Below the pieces are notes generated by a model. That model was given only the letters and a program-made list of their open reading frames with translations, did not search any database and had not been told where the DNA came from. A stretch of DNA of 9,165 nt from Tubiluchus corallicola. Its lineage: Eukaryota > Animalia > Priapulida. The first letter of the stretch is position 1, and the number at the start of each line of letters is the position of its first letter. The position numbers were made by a program, and so were the translations under genes. Below are positions 1 to 7,650 of the stretch, one piece after another. The stretch spans positions 1 to 9,165 of the forward strand of contig JAQGDQ010002523.1 in the NCBI GenBank assembly GCA_030141605.1, read 5' to 3'.

Positions 1-16
1 GAAGCTCTTCAGAATC

Positions 17-328
17 AAACTCGTTCGCTCAGTAATTCGCTCTCTCAAACAGAGCCCATTTTTACGTTTCGCTGCGTTTGAAGTTTTACGAAATTTTAAA
101 TAGGGCGGTCGTATTCTGCTTCGCAGAATTTTAATTTTGCTGTTTCTCTTCTCTCTTTTCTCTTATTAAATCTTTTCTCTTTTATCTCTTATCTTTTCTC
201 TTATTAAATCTTTTCTGTTTTTCTGTCAAAATCCTTTAATGGCGTTTGTATTCTGCTGTGCAGAATTTTAATTTTGCTGTTTTTCTATCAAAAGCTTTTA
301 AGGGCGTTTGTGTTCTGCTATGCAGAAT
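17..328. repeat. Structured intergenic repeat block A: right part of the 141-bp hairpin element plus three 17-bp mini-hairpins and a TC-rich tract
   Basis: 17-106 matches the corresponding part of 1379-1519. ATTCTGC-NNN-GCAGAAT hairpins at 113-129, 250-266 and 312-328 (the last starts GTTCTGC). Confidence 0.9.
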
Positions 329-369
329 TTTAATTTCTATCTGTTCATCGTTCTTTTATCATTTTTTTG

Positions 370-454
370 TGCAGTAGGCGGGACTTGAACCTGCAATGCC
401 TTTCTTGTGTTGTTATTATTTCATAAAGGACTTATATCTTAACCTAGCTACTGC
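370..454 (-). ncRNA. tRNA-like element (pseudo-tRNA or tRNA mimic), copy 1
   Basis: Minus strand reads GCAGTAG/CTACTGC (7-bp acceptor stem) plus discriminator A. T-arm GCAGG-TTCAAGT-CCCGC has one mismatch. Variable region is 4 nt. A 5-bp CCTTT/AAAGG stem closes a 21-nt loop. D-arm is weak and no CCA is encoded. Confidence 0.6.
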
Positions 455-481
455 TTTTTTTTAATTAGGAATTAGTAACTG

Positions 482-1105
482 TTATATGTTGCTAAAGTTG
501 AGTTCTATGTTTTTGTACTCTCCTGTTTTGTTTTTTACCCATATGCGTAGGTATTGTTTTGAGCTTACTACACGTATGGCTTTTTCTATGAGGTCTAAGG
601 CTTGGTGAAATTGTTTGTTTTTTATTTTGACACGGTAACGTAAGAGAGCTGTTATTTTCTTTACGTCCAGCTTGCCACGTGAGGTTTCAAAGGCGTTCAT
701 TACTAGTTGTTTTACTACTTCGTTTTCGGTGCTTATGTTGTTGCTGATGAATTGGTTGAGTAGTTTTTTGGCTTGTTCTATGAGGTTGTCGTCGAAGTCT
801 TGTCTGTCGTTGATGCTTAGCTCTAGTTTTACATCGCGGTTGAAGCTGTAAAGTGTGTAGTTGCCTTTGCGTTGTTCTATGTCTATACCGTTTTCTTTCA
901 TTTCTTCTAAATAGGCGTTTTGGCTTCTGTCCATTACGTATAGTTTGAACTCGCTTAGTTTTTGGGAGAGTTGCAGTGCTTCCTTTACGAATTTGGCGAG
1001 TAGTCGTTCTTTTTTCTTTTCGCTTTTTGTTACTCTTTTTATGGGTATGGGGTTTCCTTGCTCATCTTCCCATATTTTTTCTTTGTTGGTGTGTAGTTTA
1101 ATCAT
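482..1105 (-). CDS. DUF3164-family protein (Mu-like/transposable phage protein), 207 aa, copy 1
   Basis: Motifs WEDEQGNPIP, KGNYTLYSFN, AFETSRGKLD and SKQYLRIW..GEYKNIELNFS resemble DUF3164 as I recall it. Start moved to the ATG at 1105 (MIKLH), which follows the A-rich leader TTAAAAACAAAAATATT. The 65-codon extension in the ORF track runs through repeat DNA. Confidence 0.8.
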   Translation of the reverse strand: MIKLHTNKEKIWEDEQGNPIPIKRVTKSEKKKERLLAKFVKEALQLSQKLSEFKLYVMDRSQNAYLEEMKENGIDIEQRKGNYTLYSFNRDVKLELSINDRQDFDDNLIEQAKKLLNQFISNNISTENEVVKQLVMNAFETSRGKLDVKKITALLRYRVKIKNKQFHQALDLIEKAIRVVSSKQYLRIWVKNKTGEYKNIELNFSNI

Positions 1106-1191
1106 AATATTTTTGTTTTTAAGGTATGATTGAGCTCGCAGGCTCTCTTTCTTATATCCTTTTTTCTTTTTCTTTTTGTCAGTCAAAAAGA

Positions 1192-1300
1192 AGCAACCGA
1201 ACGTAGTGAGCTCGCGAGTTCCTTTGAGTATTTTAGTTGTACGAGCAACCGAACGTAGTGAGCTCGCGAGTTCCTTTGAGTATTTTAGTTGTACGAGCAA
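1192..1300. repeat. Tandem 2 x 52-bp unit bounded by AGCAA
   Basis: AGCAACCGAACGTAGTGAGCTCGCGAGTTCCTTTGAGTATTTTAGTTGTACG at 1192 and 1244, then AGCAA at 1296. Confidence 0.95.
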
Positions 1301-1342
1301 AACTCAAGCCTGTAAATGTTTTTCTTTACGCTCTTTTTTTAT

Positions 1343-1744
1343 GTTCTTTGGCTTGATACAAAAGAGCCAAAAAATCAAGCCTGATTTTAAATTTCTGAAC
1401 TTCTACACTTCGCTACACTAAAATGTGCTAAACTCGTTCGCTCAGTAATTCGCTCTCTCAAACAGAGCCCATTTTTACGTTTCGCTGCGTTTGAAGTTTT
1501 ACGAAATTTTAAATAGGGCGGTCGTATTCTGCTACGCAGAATTTTAATTTTGCTGTTTCTCTTTTATCTTTTCTCTTATTAAATCTTTTCTGTTTTGTTC
1601 TTTTATCTTTTCTCTTATTAAATCTTTTCTGTTTTTCTATCAAAATCCTTTAAGGGCGTTTGTATTCTGCTTCGCAGAATTTTAATTTTGCTGTTTTTCT
1701 ATCAAAATCCTTTAAGGGCGGTATCGTATTCTGCTTCGCAGAAT
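1343..1744. repeat. Structured intergenic repeat block B: pseudoknot-like head (1343-1381), 141-bp hairpin (1379-1519), mini-hairpins
   Basis: GGCTTGAT/ATCAAGCC pairing. Nested inverted repeats AAATTTC/GAAATTT, AACTTC/GAAGTT and AAAATG/CATTTT. Mini-hairpins at 1526, 1664 and 1728. Confidence 0.9.
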
Positions 1745-1786
1745 TATTAATTTCTATCTGTTCATCGTTCTTTTATCATTTTTTTG

Positions 1787-1871
1787 TGCAGTAGGCGGGA
1801 CTTGAACCTGCAATGCCTTTCTTGTGTTGTTATTATTTCATAAAGGACTTATATCTTAACCTAGCTACTGC
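1787..1871 (-). ncRNA. tRNA-like element, copy 2
   Basis: Identical to 370-454. Confidence 0.6.
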
Positions 1872-1898
1872 TTTTTTTTAATTAGGAATTAGTAACTG

Positions 1899-2522
1899 TT
1901 ATATGTTGCTAAAGTTGAGTTCTATGTTTTTGTACTCTCCTGTTTTGTTTTTTACCCATATGCGTAGGTATTGTTTTGAGCTTACTACACGTATGGCTTT
2001 TTCTATGAGGTCTAAGGCTTGGTGAAATTGTTTGTTTTTTATTTTGACACGGTAACGTAAGAGAGCTGTTATTTTCTTTACGTCCAGCTTGCCACGTGAG
2101 GTTTCAAAGGCGTTCATTACTAGTTGTTTTACTACTTCGTTTTCGGTGCTTATGTTGTTGCTGATGAATTGGTTGAGTAGTTTTTTGGCTTGTTCTATGA
2201 GGTTGTCGTCGAAGTCTTGTCTGTCGTTGATGCTTAGCTCTAGTTTTACATCGCGGTTGAAGCTGTAAAGTGTGTAGTTGCCTTTGCGTTGTTCTATGTC
2301 TATACCGTTTTCTTTCATTTCTTCTAAATAGGCGTTTTGGCTTCTGTCCATTACGTATAGTTTGAACTCGCTTAGTTTTTGGGAGAGTTGCAGTGCTTCC
2401 TTTACGAATTTGGCGAGTAGTCGTTCTTTTTTCTTTTCGCTTTTTGTTACTCTTTTTATGGGTATGGGGTTTCCTTGCTCATCTTCCCATATTTTTTCTT
2501 TGTTGGTGTGTAGTTTAATCAT
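1899..2522 (-). CDS. DUF3164-family protein, 207 aa, copy 2
   Basis: Protein identical to copy 1 from the MIKLH start (ATG at 2522). Confidence 0.8.
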   Translation of the reverse strand: MIKLHTNKEKIWEDEQGNPIPIKRVTKSEKKKERLLAKFVKEALQLSQKLSEFKLYVMDRSQNAYLEEMKENGIDIEQRKGNYTLYSFNRDVKLELSINDRQDFDDNLIEQAKKLLNQFISNNISTENEVVKQLVMNAFETSRGKLDVKKITALLRYRVKIKNKQFHQALDLIEKAIRVVSSKQYLRIWVKNKTGEYKNIELNFSNI

Positions 2523-2608
2523 AATATTTTTGTTTTTAAGGTATGATTGAGCTCGCAGGCTCTCTTTCTTATATTCTTTTTTCTTTTTCTTTTTGTCAGT
2601 CAAAAAGA

Positions 2609-2717
2609 AGCAACCGAACGTAGTGAGCTCGCGAGTTCCTTTGAGTATTTTAGTTGTACGAGCAACCGAACGTAGTGAGCTCGCGAGTTCCTTTGAGTAT
2701 TTTAGTTGTACGAGCAA
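2609..2717. repeat. Tandem 2 x 52-bp unit
   Basis: Identical to 1192-1300. Confidence 0.95.
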
Positions 2718-2724
2718 AACTCAA

Positions 2725-2888
2725 GCCTGATTTTAAATTTCTGAACTTCTACACTTCGCTACACTAAAATGTGCTAAACTCGTTCGCTCAGTAATTCGCT
2801 CTCTCAAACAGAGCCCATTTTTACGTTTCGCTGCGTTTGAAGTTTTACGAAATTTTAAATAGGGCGGTCGTATTCTGCTTCGCAGAAT
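2725..2888. repeat. Structured repeat block C: 141-bp hairpin (2725-2865) plus mini-hairpin (2872-2888)
   Basis: Same sequence as 1379-1519, followed by ATTCTGCTTCGCAGAAT. Confidence 0.9.
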
Positions 2889-3003
2889 TGGTAATTTATA
2901 ATTGTCGTCTTTTCTCTTTTGTTCTTTTTTCTCTTCTCTCTTTTATCTTTTATCTCTTATCTTTTCTCTTATTAAATCTTTTCTGTTTTGTTCTTTTTTT
3001 TAT

Positions 3004-3381
3004 GTTCTTTGGCTTGACCCAAAGAACCAAAGGTCAAGCCTGATTTTAAATTTCTGAACTTCTACACTTCGCTACACTAAAATGTGCTAAACTCGTTCGC
3101 TCAGTAATTCGCTCTCTCAAACAGAGCCCATTTTTACGTTTCGCTGCGTTTGAAGTTTTACGAAATTTTAAATAGGGCGGTCGTATTCTGCTTCGCAGAA
3201 TTTTAATTTTGCTGTTTTTCTGTCAAAAGCCTTTAAGGGCGTTTGTATTCTGCTACGCAGAATTTTAATTTTGCTGTTTCTCTTTTATCTTTTCTGTTTT
3301 ATCTTTTCTTTTATCTTATTAAATCTTTTCTGTTTTTCTGTCAAAAGCTTTTAAGGGCGGTCGTATTCTGCTGTGCAGAAT
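3004..3381. repeat. Structured repeat block D: pseudoknot-like head (3004-3040), 141-bp hairpin (3038-3178), mini-hairpins
   Basis: GTTCTTTGG/CCAAAGAAC stem whose loop CTTGAC is complementary to downstream GTCAAG. Mini-hairpins at 3185, 3247 and 3365. Confidence 0.9.
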
Positions 3382-3444
3382 TACTAACTGCTAATTACTA
3401 GTTATTCATTACTGCTTTTTCAATTGTTTTACTTCGTTAAGAAG

Positions 3445-3633
3445 TTTTTCTATTTGTGTTTGTTGTTTTTTTGCTTGTGTTTGTTGTTGTTCTGCCTGTT
3501 TTTTCTGTTGCTCTATCTGTGTTTGTTGTTGTTCTGCCTGTTTTTTCTGTTTTTCTATTTGGGTCTGTTGTTTTTCTATCTGGGTTTGTTGTTTTTCTGC
3601 CTGTTTTTTCTGTTTTTCTATTTGTGTTTGTTG
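3445..3633 (-). repeat. 9 x 21-bp coding heptad repeats (QQTQIEK/QKKQAE[KQ]) forming a coiled coil
   Basis: Read directly from the translation of the 3409-4095 ORF. Confidence 0.9.
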
Positions 3634-4083
3634 TTCTTGTATGGCTTTTATCATCGGGGCTATGAGTTGGTCGTAGGCAAAGCTCATTTCTTGGTGGTTG
3701 ATGTCGGGGTTGTTCACCTCTGTGTCCTTCACCCCTGAAAATTCCATAGGATCTATGAGCTTGAGCATCTCTTGGGCTATTATCCCCCTGTGCCAGCGTT
3801 TGCCTGCCTTGCTCCCCTTGGCGTGTTCCTCTTTATCATACACACGCTCGCCTTTCTCATCTGTTTTGAATACTTCTCTTTCTTCTTCCTCTGCTGCTCC
3901 TTCTCTTTTTTCTTTTACTTTTTCTTTTATCCAATATTGGTCTCTATTGTTGCCTCTCCATTTGCGGGTTTTTATCTGCTTTACAAAGTCCAGTCCCAGC
4001 TCATTATCGGCTATGTCTATCTTATCTCGCTCGTCGGAACTTACCGTGCTGCCATTGCCTAGTTTCACAGTAGTGGAAGATAC

Positions 4084-4502
4084 CCCAAGCACCATAGTGT
4101 AGTTTGCTGATACGTTTGCTTCTCGTCCCAGTGCGGTGGAAGCGCTGCCACTGGCTTTTGCATAGGTTCCCAGTGCGGTGGAAAAGCTGTCACTGGCTTC
4201 TGCACCGTGTCCCAGTGCGGTGGATTGGTTTTTACTGGCGTTTGCATCGTATCCCAGTGCGGCGGAAAGCCGTCAGTGGCTTTTGTACTGTATCCCACTG
4301 CGGTGGACCAGTAGCCACTGGCTTCTGCATGGCGTCCCAGTGCGGTGGAATATTGGCCACTGGCTTCTGCACTATCTCCCAGTGCAGTGGAATTGCTTCC
4401 ACTGGCTTCTGTATGGTATCCCAGTGCGGTGGAATATTTGTCACTGGCTATTGCTTTATATCCCAGTGCGGTGGAATAGGTGCCACTGGCTACTGCATTA
4501 TT
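4084..4502 (-). repeat. 42-bp (14-aa) YadA-head/Hep-Hag-like repeats, 9 clear units plus 1 degenerate
   Basis: TCCCAGTGC-type anchors at 4126, 4168, 4210, 4252, 4293, 4335, 4377, 4419 and 4461. They encode AxASGxxSTALG. Confidence 0.9.
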
Positions 4503-4548
4503 TCCTATTTTCACCTGTGTGGAAGAACTACCCCTTGTGGCATCCCTC

Positions 4549-4967
4549 ACCGCCTTACTGGTGGCTAAGGTGTTGCTGTCGTCAAGTGTGGTGCTGTCGC
4601 TCTTGGCGTTGGGTAGGTTGCTTAGCTTGTCGTATACCGCCTTACTGGTGGCTAAGGTGTTGCTGTCGTTAAGTGTGGTACTGTCGCTCTTGGCGTTGGG
4701 TAGGTTGCTTAGCTTGTCGTGTACCGCCTTACTGGTGGCTAAGGTGTTGCTGTCGTCAAGTGTGGTGCTGTCGCTTTTGGCGTTGGGTAAGTCACTTAGC
4801 TTGTCGTATACCGCCTTACTTGTGGCTAAGGTGTTGCTGTCGTTAAGCGTGGTACTGTCGCTTTTGGCATTGGGTAAGTCACTTAGCTTGTCGTGTACCG
4901 CCTTACTGGTGGCTAAGGTGTTGCTGTCGTTAAGTGTGGTACTGTCGCTCTTGGCGTTGGGTAGGTT
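4549..4967 (-). repeat. 87-bp (29-aa) tail-fibre shaft repeats, about 5 copies
   Basis: CGCCTTACT anchors at 4551, 4638, 4725, 4812 and 4899. The unit LPNAKSDSTTLNDSNTLATSKAVxDKLS resembles the phage fibre motif (S.S..LAATPKAV). Confidence 0.9.
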
Positions 4968-5942
4968 GCCAAGTCCTACTTGAGTTTTTGTTACTTGGTG
5001 TGGGTTGTCGGTTCTGTTCTTGTGGTTGTTGAGCTCGCCTGTTAGCTCGTCTGTCCACTGGTAGGTGTCTTTATCTTTAGCCGTCAGTACTTGTCCGGGG
5101 TTTCCTTTGCTGCCTTTGGAGTCTACTATACTTTCCGACTGCATAGCTCCGTGTATTAGTGTGTCTGTGCCTATCTCTACCTCTGCGGGTACATTGTATT
5201 TGTACACTACCTTACTTGTAGCATCCAATATCCAGTGGTTTTCTCCATCGAAGTATCCATCGCGTATATTGGTGGTTTCCCCTGCTGTGGTAAATGTAAA
5301 CCCTGTGTATACTCCTAAGTTGTTGTATTGATGCACAGACTGGCTGCCTATACCTATTATCCAGTGGTGATTATTTCCCCAATATCCTCCTCTTGCTGCT
5401 ACCGTTTCTGCTGAGGTGCTGAAAGAGTTTCCAGTATAATTTCCTCCTTTGTTGTATTGGTATAGGGTGTTGCTTCCGCAGATAATCCAATGGTTCGTAC
5501 CGTCGAAGTATCCACCTTGTGGAGAGGTGGTTTGGTTGGTTAGTTCGAATGATATACCTAAATACGTGCCGTCACCCATATAAGAGTGAACGCTGTTATC
5601 ACCGCTTATTATCCAGTGAGCAACTCCATCGAAGTACCCACCTTTTGGAGAGGTAGTTTCTGTGGCTACATCAAAGGATATTCCTGTATAGCTACCTTCT
5701 TGTGTGTACTGGTATACTTTGTTGGTATCACTATCTACTATCCATATGTTTGTGCCATCTCCATATATGGCTTGGGGAACACAGTTAACATTGCTTGTTG
5801 TGGTGCTGAATGATATGTCTTTGTAGGATATTTGACCTACTTTGAGTTTTATCATATCGTTTTCTCCTATATGCACGTTGTTGGGTGCGTTAGGTGTAGT
5901 TGTGTTGAAGACTCCGTTGCCTTCTTGGTAAGAATTTGTTGT

Positions 5943-6010
5943 CATAGTTTTTTAGTTTTTAATGGTTATTAATATTATTTTTTGTTCTTTTTTTATGTTC
6001 TTTGGCTTGA
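5943..6010 (-). promoter_or_regulatory. 68-bp leader/translation-initiation region shared with the propeller gene
   Basis: Identical to 7648-7715. Minus strand reads ...AATAATATTAATAACCATTAAAAACTAAAAAACT-ATG, A-rich with no SD. Confidence 0.75.
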
Positions 6011-6350
6011 TACAATTCTTATGCTCTTTTGTCTTGATACAAAAGAGCCAAAAAATCAAGCCTGATTTTAAATTTCTGAACTTCTACACTTCGCTACACT
6101 AAAATGTGCTAAACTCGTTCGCTCAGTAATTCGCTCTCTCAAACAGAGCCCATTTTTACGTTTCGCTGCGTTTGAAGTTTTACGAAATTTTAAATAGGGC
6201 GGTCGTATTCTGCTACGCAGAATTTTAATTTCGCTGTTTTTCTTTTCTGTTTTATCTTTTATCTTTTATCTCTTATCTTTTCTCTTATTAAATCTTTTCT
6301 GTTTTTCTGTCAAAATCCTTTAAGGGCGTTTGTATTCTGTTGCGTAGAAT
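5997..6350. repeat. Structured repeat block E: partial head plus full head (6023-6062), 141-bp hairpin (6060-6200), mini-hairpins
   Basis: GCTCTTTTGT/ACAAAAGAGC stem whose loop CTTGAT is complementary to downstream ATCAAG. Mini-hairpins at 6207 and 6334. Confidence 0.9.
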
Positions 6351-6360
6351 TAGTAGTTTT

Positions 6361-6405
6361 TTTGTCTTCCCCCGCCCTTCGGGAGGAAGGTGCAGGGGGG
6401 ACAAA
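6361..6405. repeat. GC-rich REP-like imperfect palindrome
   Basis: TTTGTC/GACAAA outer arms, CTTCC/GGAAG, and a CCC-TTC-GGG apex. It is a lone GC island in AT-rich DNA. Confidence 0.5.
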
Positions 6406-6486
6406 TTTTTCTTTTAGTGGTGTTTGTTGTTTTATATTTCCCTATAATTGACCTATATTACCAGTACCGTCTGAATTATTTTCATA

Positions 6487-7650
6487 CTATTTTTCTCTTA
6501 GGTAGTAGTTGTCGTCTGTCAGTTCCCATATTTCGCCATTGGTATTGCTGTGTAGTACTCTTCCGTTGAAGGTTTCGGGTGTTAGGGTTTCGTTTACTTC
6601 TATAGTGTTGTCGTCTACTACTTTTTTTATGGTGTATTCTCCATCGTTTTGGCAGCTGTACTCTATTCTTATTTTTTTATCTGCTACTTGTAGCTTGCCT
6701 AGTATGTTGTTGGCATTGTTATCTATTATCTGATTGCCTGTGCTTAAGTTCCATACTGTTACTCCTGTTGAGCTATCATCTGATGATACGTATGCTTTAT
6801 TTCCTTCAATCCATATGCCATGAGGATTAACAAGCACCCCCTCACCAAATTCTTCGTTAGTAAGTCTTATAGGATTGGTAGGGTTGCTAATGTCCCATAC
6901 GTTTACCAATTCTGACCCAGCGTTTACTACGTAGGCTTTGCTATTTGCTATCCTTATTACTCTTGGTCCATCTAATACCCCACTTCCAAATTCTTCGTTG
7001 GTCAATCGTTGGGGGCTGGTAGGGTTGGATACATCCCATACGGTTACAAGGTTTAAGTATGCGTCTGTTACATACATTTTATTTCCTTCTTTGAACATAC
7101 GAGTTGGAGAGCTAAATACTCCTTGTCCAAATTCTTGATTGGTTTGTCTTACAGGGTTGGTGGGGTTGGATACATCCCATACAGTCATATGTTCAAATTT
7201 ATCAGTTACATATAGAGTATCTCCATCCTTCCATATTCCACGTGGTACGAGTAGGTCTATTTCTTGATTGGTTTGTCTAGTAGGGTTTTTAGGGTCTGAT
7301 ACATCCCATACCGTTACTTTACTAAGCCTAGAATCTCCTGCATAGATGGTATTGCCATCTTTCCAAATACTTCCTGATAAGCCTGTAAACACTCCCATCC
7401 CAAAATCTTCGTCCAGAAGTCGTAGGGGGTTGGTGGGATTGCTAATGTCCCACACACTTATAAAGTCTTGGATGAAAACTGATAGGTACATTTTATTACC
7501 CTCTATCCACATATATCTAGGGTATTCAATTTCACTATCTGCTATTGTTTCTTCAGGTATTAGAGTAGCACCACTACTATTGCTGTTTATAGTATAGTTG
7601 CTTTCTAATTGGTCAAGGAAATCGCCTTGTGTTACTGGTGTTGTTGCCAT
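6487..7650 (-). CDS. LVIVD-like repeat beta-propeller protein (6 blades), 387 aa, possibly phage structural or receptor-binding
   Basis: Six ~44-48-aa repeats of PxxIWxxGNxxYV...VTVWDVSNPTNP (nt 6742-7521). No obvious signal peptide. Short C-terminal beta-rich domain NDGEYTIKKVVDDNTIEVNE. Confidence 0.8.
   Translation of the reverse strand: MATTPVTQGDFLDQLESNYTINSNSSGATLIPEETIADSEIEYPRYMWIEGNKMYLSVFIQDFISVWDISNPTNPLRLLDEDFGMGVFTGLSGSIWKDGNTIYAGDSRLSKVTVWDVSDPKNPTRQTNQEIDLLVPRGIWKDGDTLYVTDKFEHMTVWDVSNPTNPVRQTNQEFGQGVFSSPTRMFKEGNKMYVTDAYLNLVTVWDVSNPTSPQRLTNEEFGSGVLDGPRVIRIANSKAYVVNAGSELVNVWDISNPTNPIRLTNEEFGEGVLVNPHGIWIEGNKAYVSSDDSSTGVTVWNLSTGNQIIDNNANNILGKLQVADKKIRIEYSCQNDGEYTIKKVVDDNTIEVNETLTPETFNGRVLHSNTNGEIWELTDDNYYLREK

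Larger units (their letters stand above)
337..1312 (-). repeat. ~976-bp duplicated cassette, copy 1 (tRNA-like element + DUF3164-like gene + upstream hairpin and 52-bp repeats)
   Basis: Matches 1754-2729 (offset 1417) and 8194-9158 (offset 7857). Differences I found by eye: C1158 vs T in copies 2 and 3, and a synonymous T>C at 8765 in copy 3. Confidence 0.95.
1754..2729 (-). repeat. ~976-bp duplicated cassette, copy 2
   Basis: Near-identical to 337-1312. Confidence 0.95.
3409..5945 (-). pseudogene. Phage tail-fibre-like protein with C-terminal peptidase S74 intramolecular chaperone; 1-nt frameshift at 4266-4268 (845 aa if restored)
   Basis: ORFs 4065-5945 and 3409-4095 join if one A is added to the only 41-bp unit of a 42-bp repeat array. 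Motifs: five ~42-aa GxYFDGxxHWI blades, DSKGSKGNPGQVL, HKNRTDNPHQVTKTQVGLGN, shaft repeats, STALG repeats, SDERDK (4021-4038), GIIAQE, YDQLIAPMIKAIQE and a terminal coiled coil. Confidence 0.8.

Noticed and set aside
370-454. Canonical functional tRNA, or a simple att-site tRNA 3' fragment
   Set aside because: The 21-nt anticodon loop, weak D-stem and T-stem mismatch argue against a standard tRNA. The complementary 5' acceptor strand is present, so it is more than a 3' att remnant.
1106-1300. 65-aa N-terminal extension of the 272-aa ORFs (also 2523-2717 and 8963-9157)
   Set aside because: It starts at a TTG inside the 52-bp repeats and crosses hairpin and poly-A DNA. DUF3164-like sequence begins only after the ATG at 1105.
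1192-1300. CRISPR array (52-bp units or the 17-bp hairpins)
   Set aside because: The 52-bp units abut with no spacers. The mini-hairpins are irregularly spaced with repetitive, non-unique intervals. No cas genes are present.
1343-1744. Classical integron attC sites
   Set aside because: I see no RYYYAAC...GTTRRRY ends bounding the hairpins, the blocks are multi-module and there is no integrase in the window.
4260-4275. Programmed ribosomal frameshift or phase-variable homopolymer
   Set aside because: There is only a 3-4 nt run and no X-XXY-YYZ slippery heptamer, so a simple deletion or sequencing error is more parsimonious.
4232-4444. 70-aa minus-strand ORF with PPHWD repeats, and the PPHWD tail of the 626-aa ORF
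   Set aside because: These are out-of-frame readings of the 42-bp STALG repeats.
6361-6405. Rho-independent terminator for the minus-strand genes
   Set aside because: On the minus strand the hairpin is followed by an A run, not a U run. The same applies to the tRNA-like element.
3409-7650. Diversity-generating retroelement or invertible shufflon acting on the fibre genes
   Set aside because: There is no RT, no TR/VR pair with adenine-specific differences and no invertase. All repeats and genes are in direct orientation.
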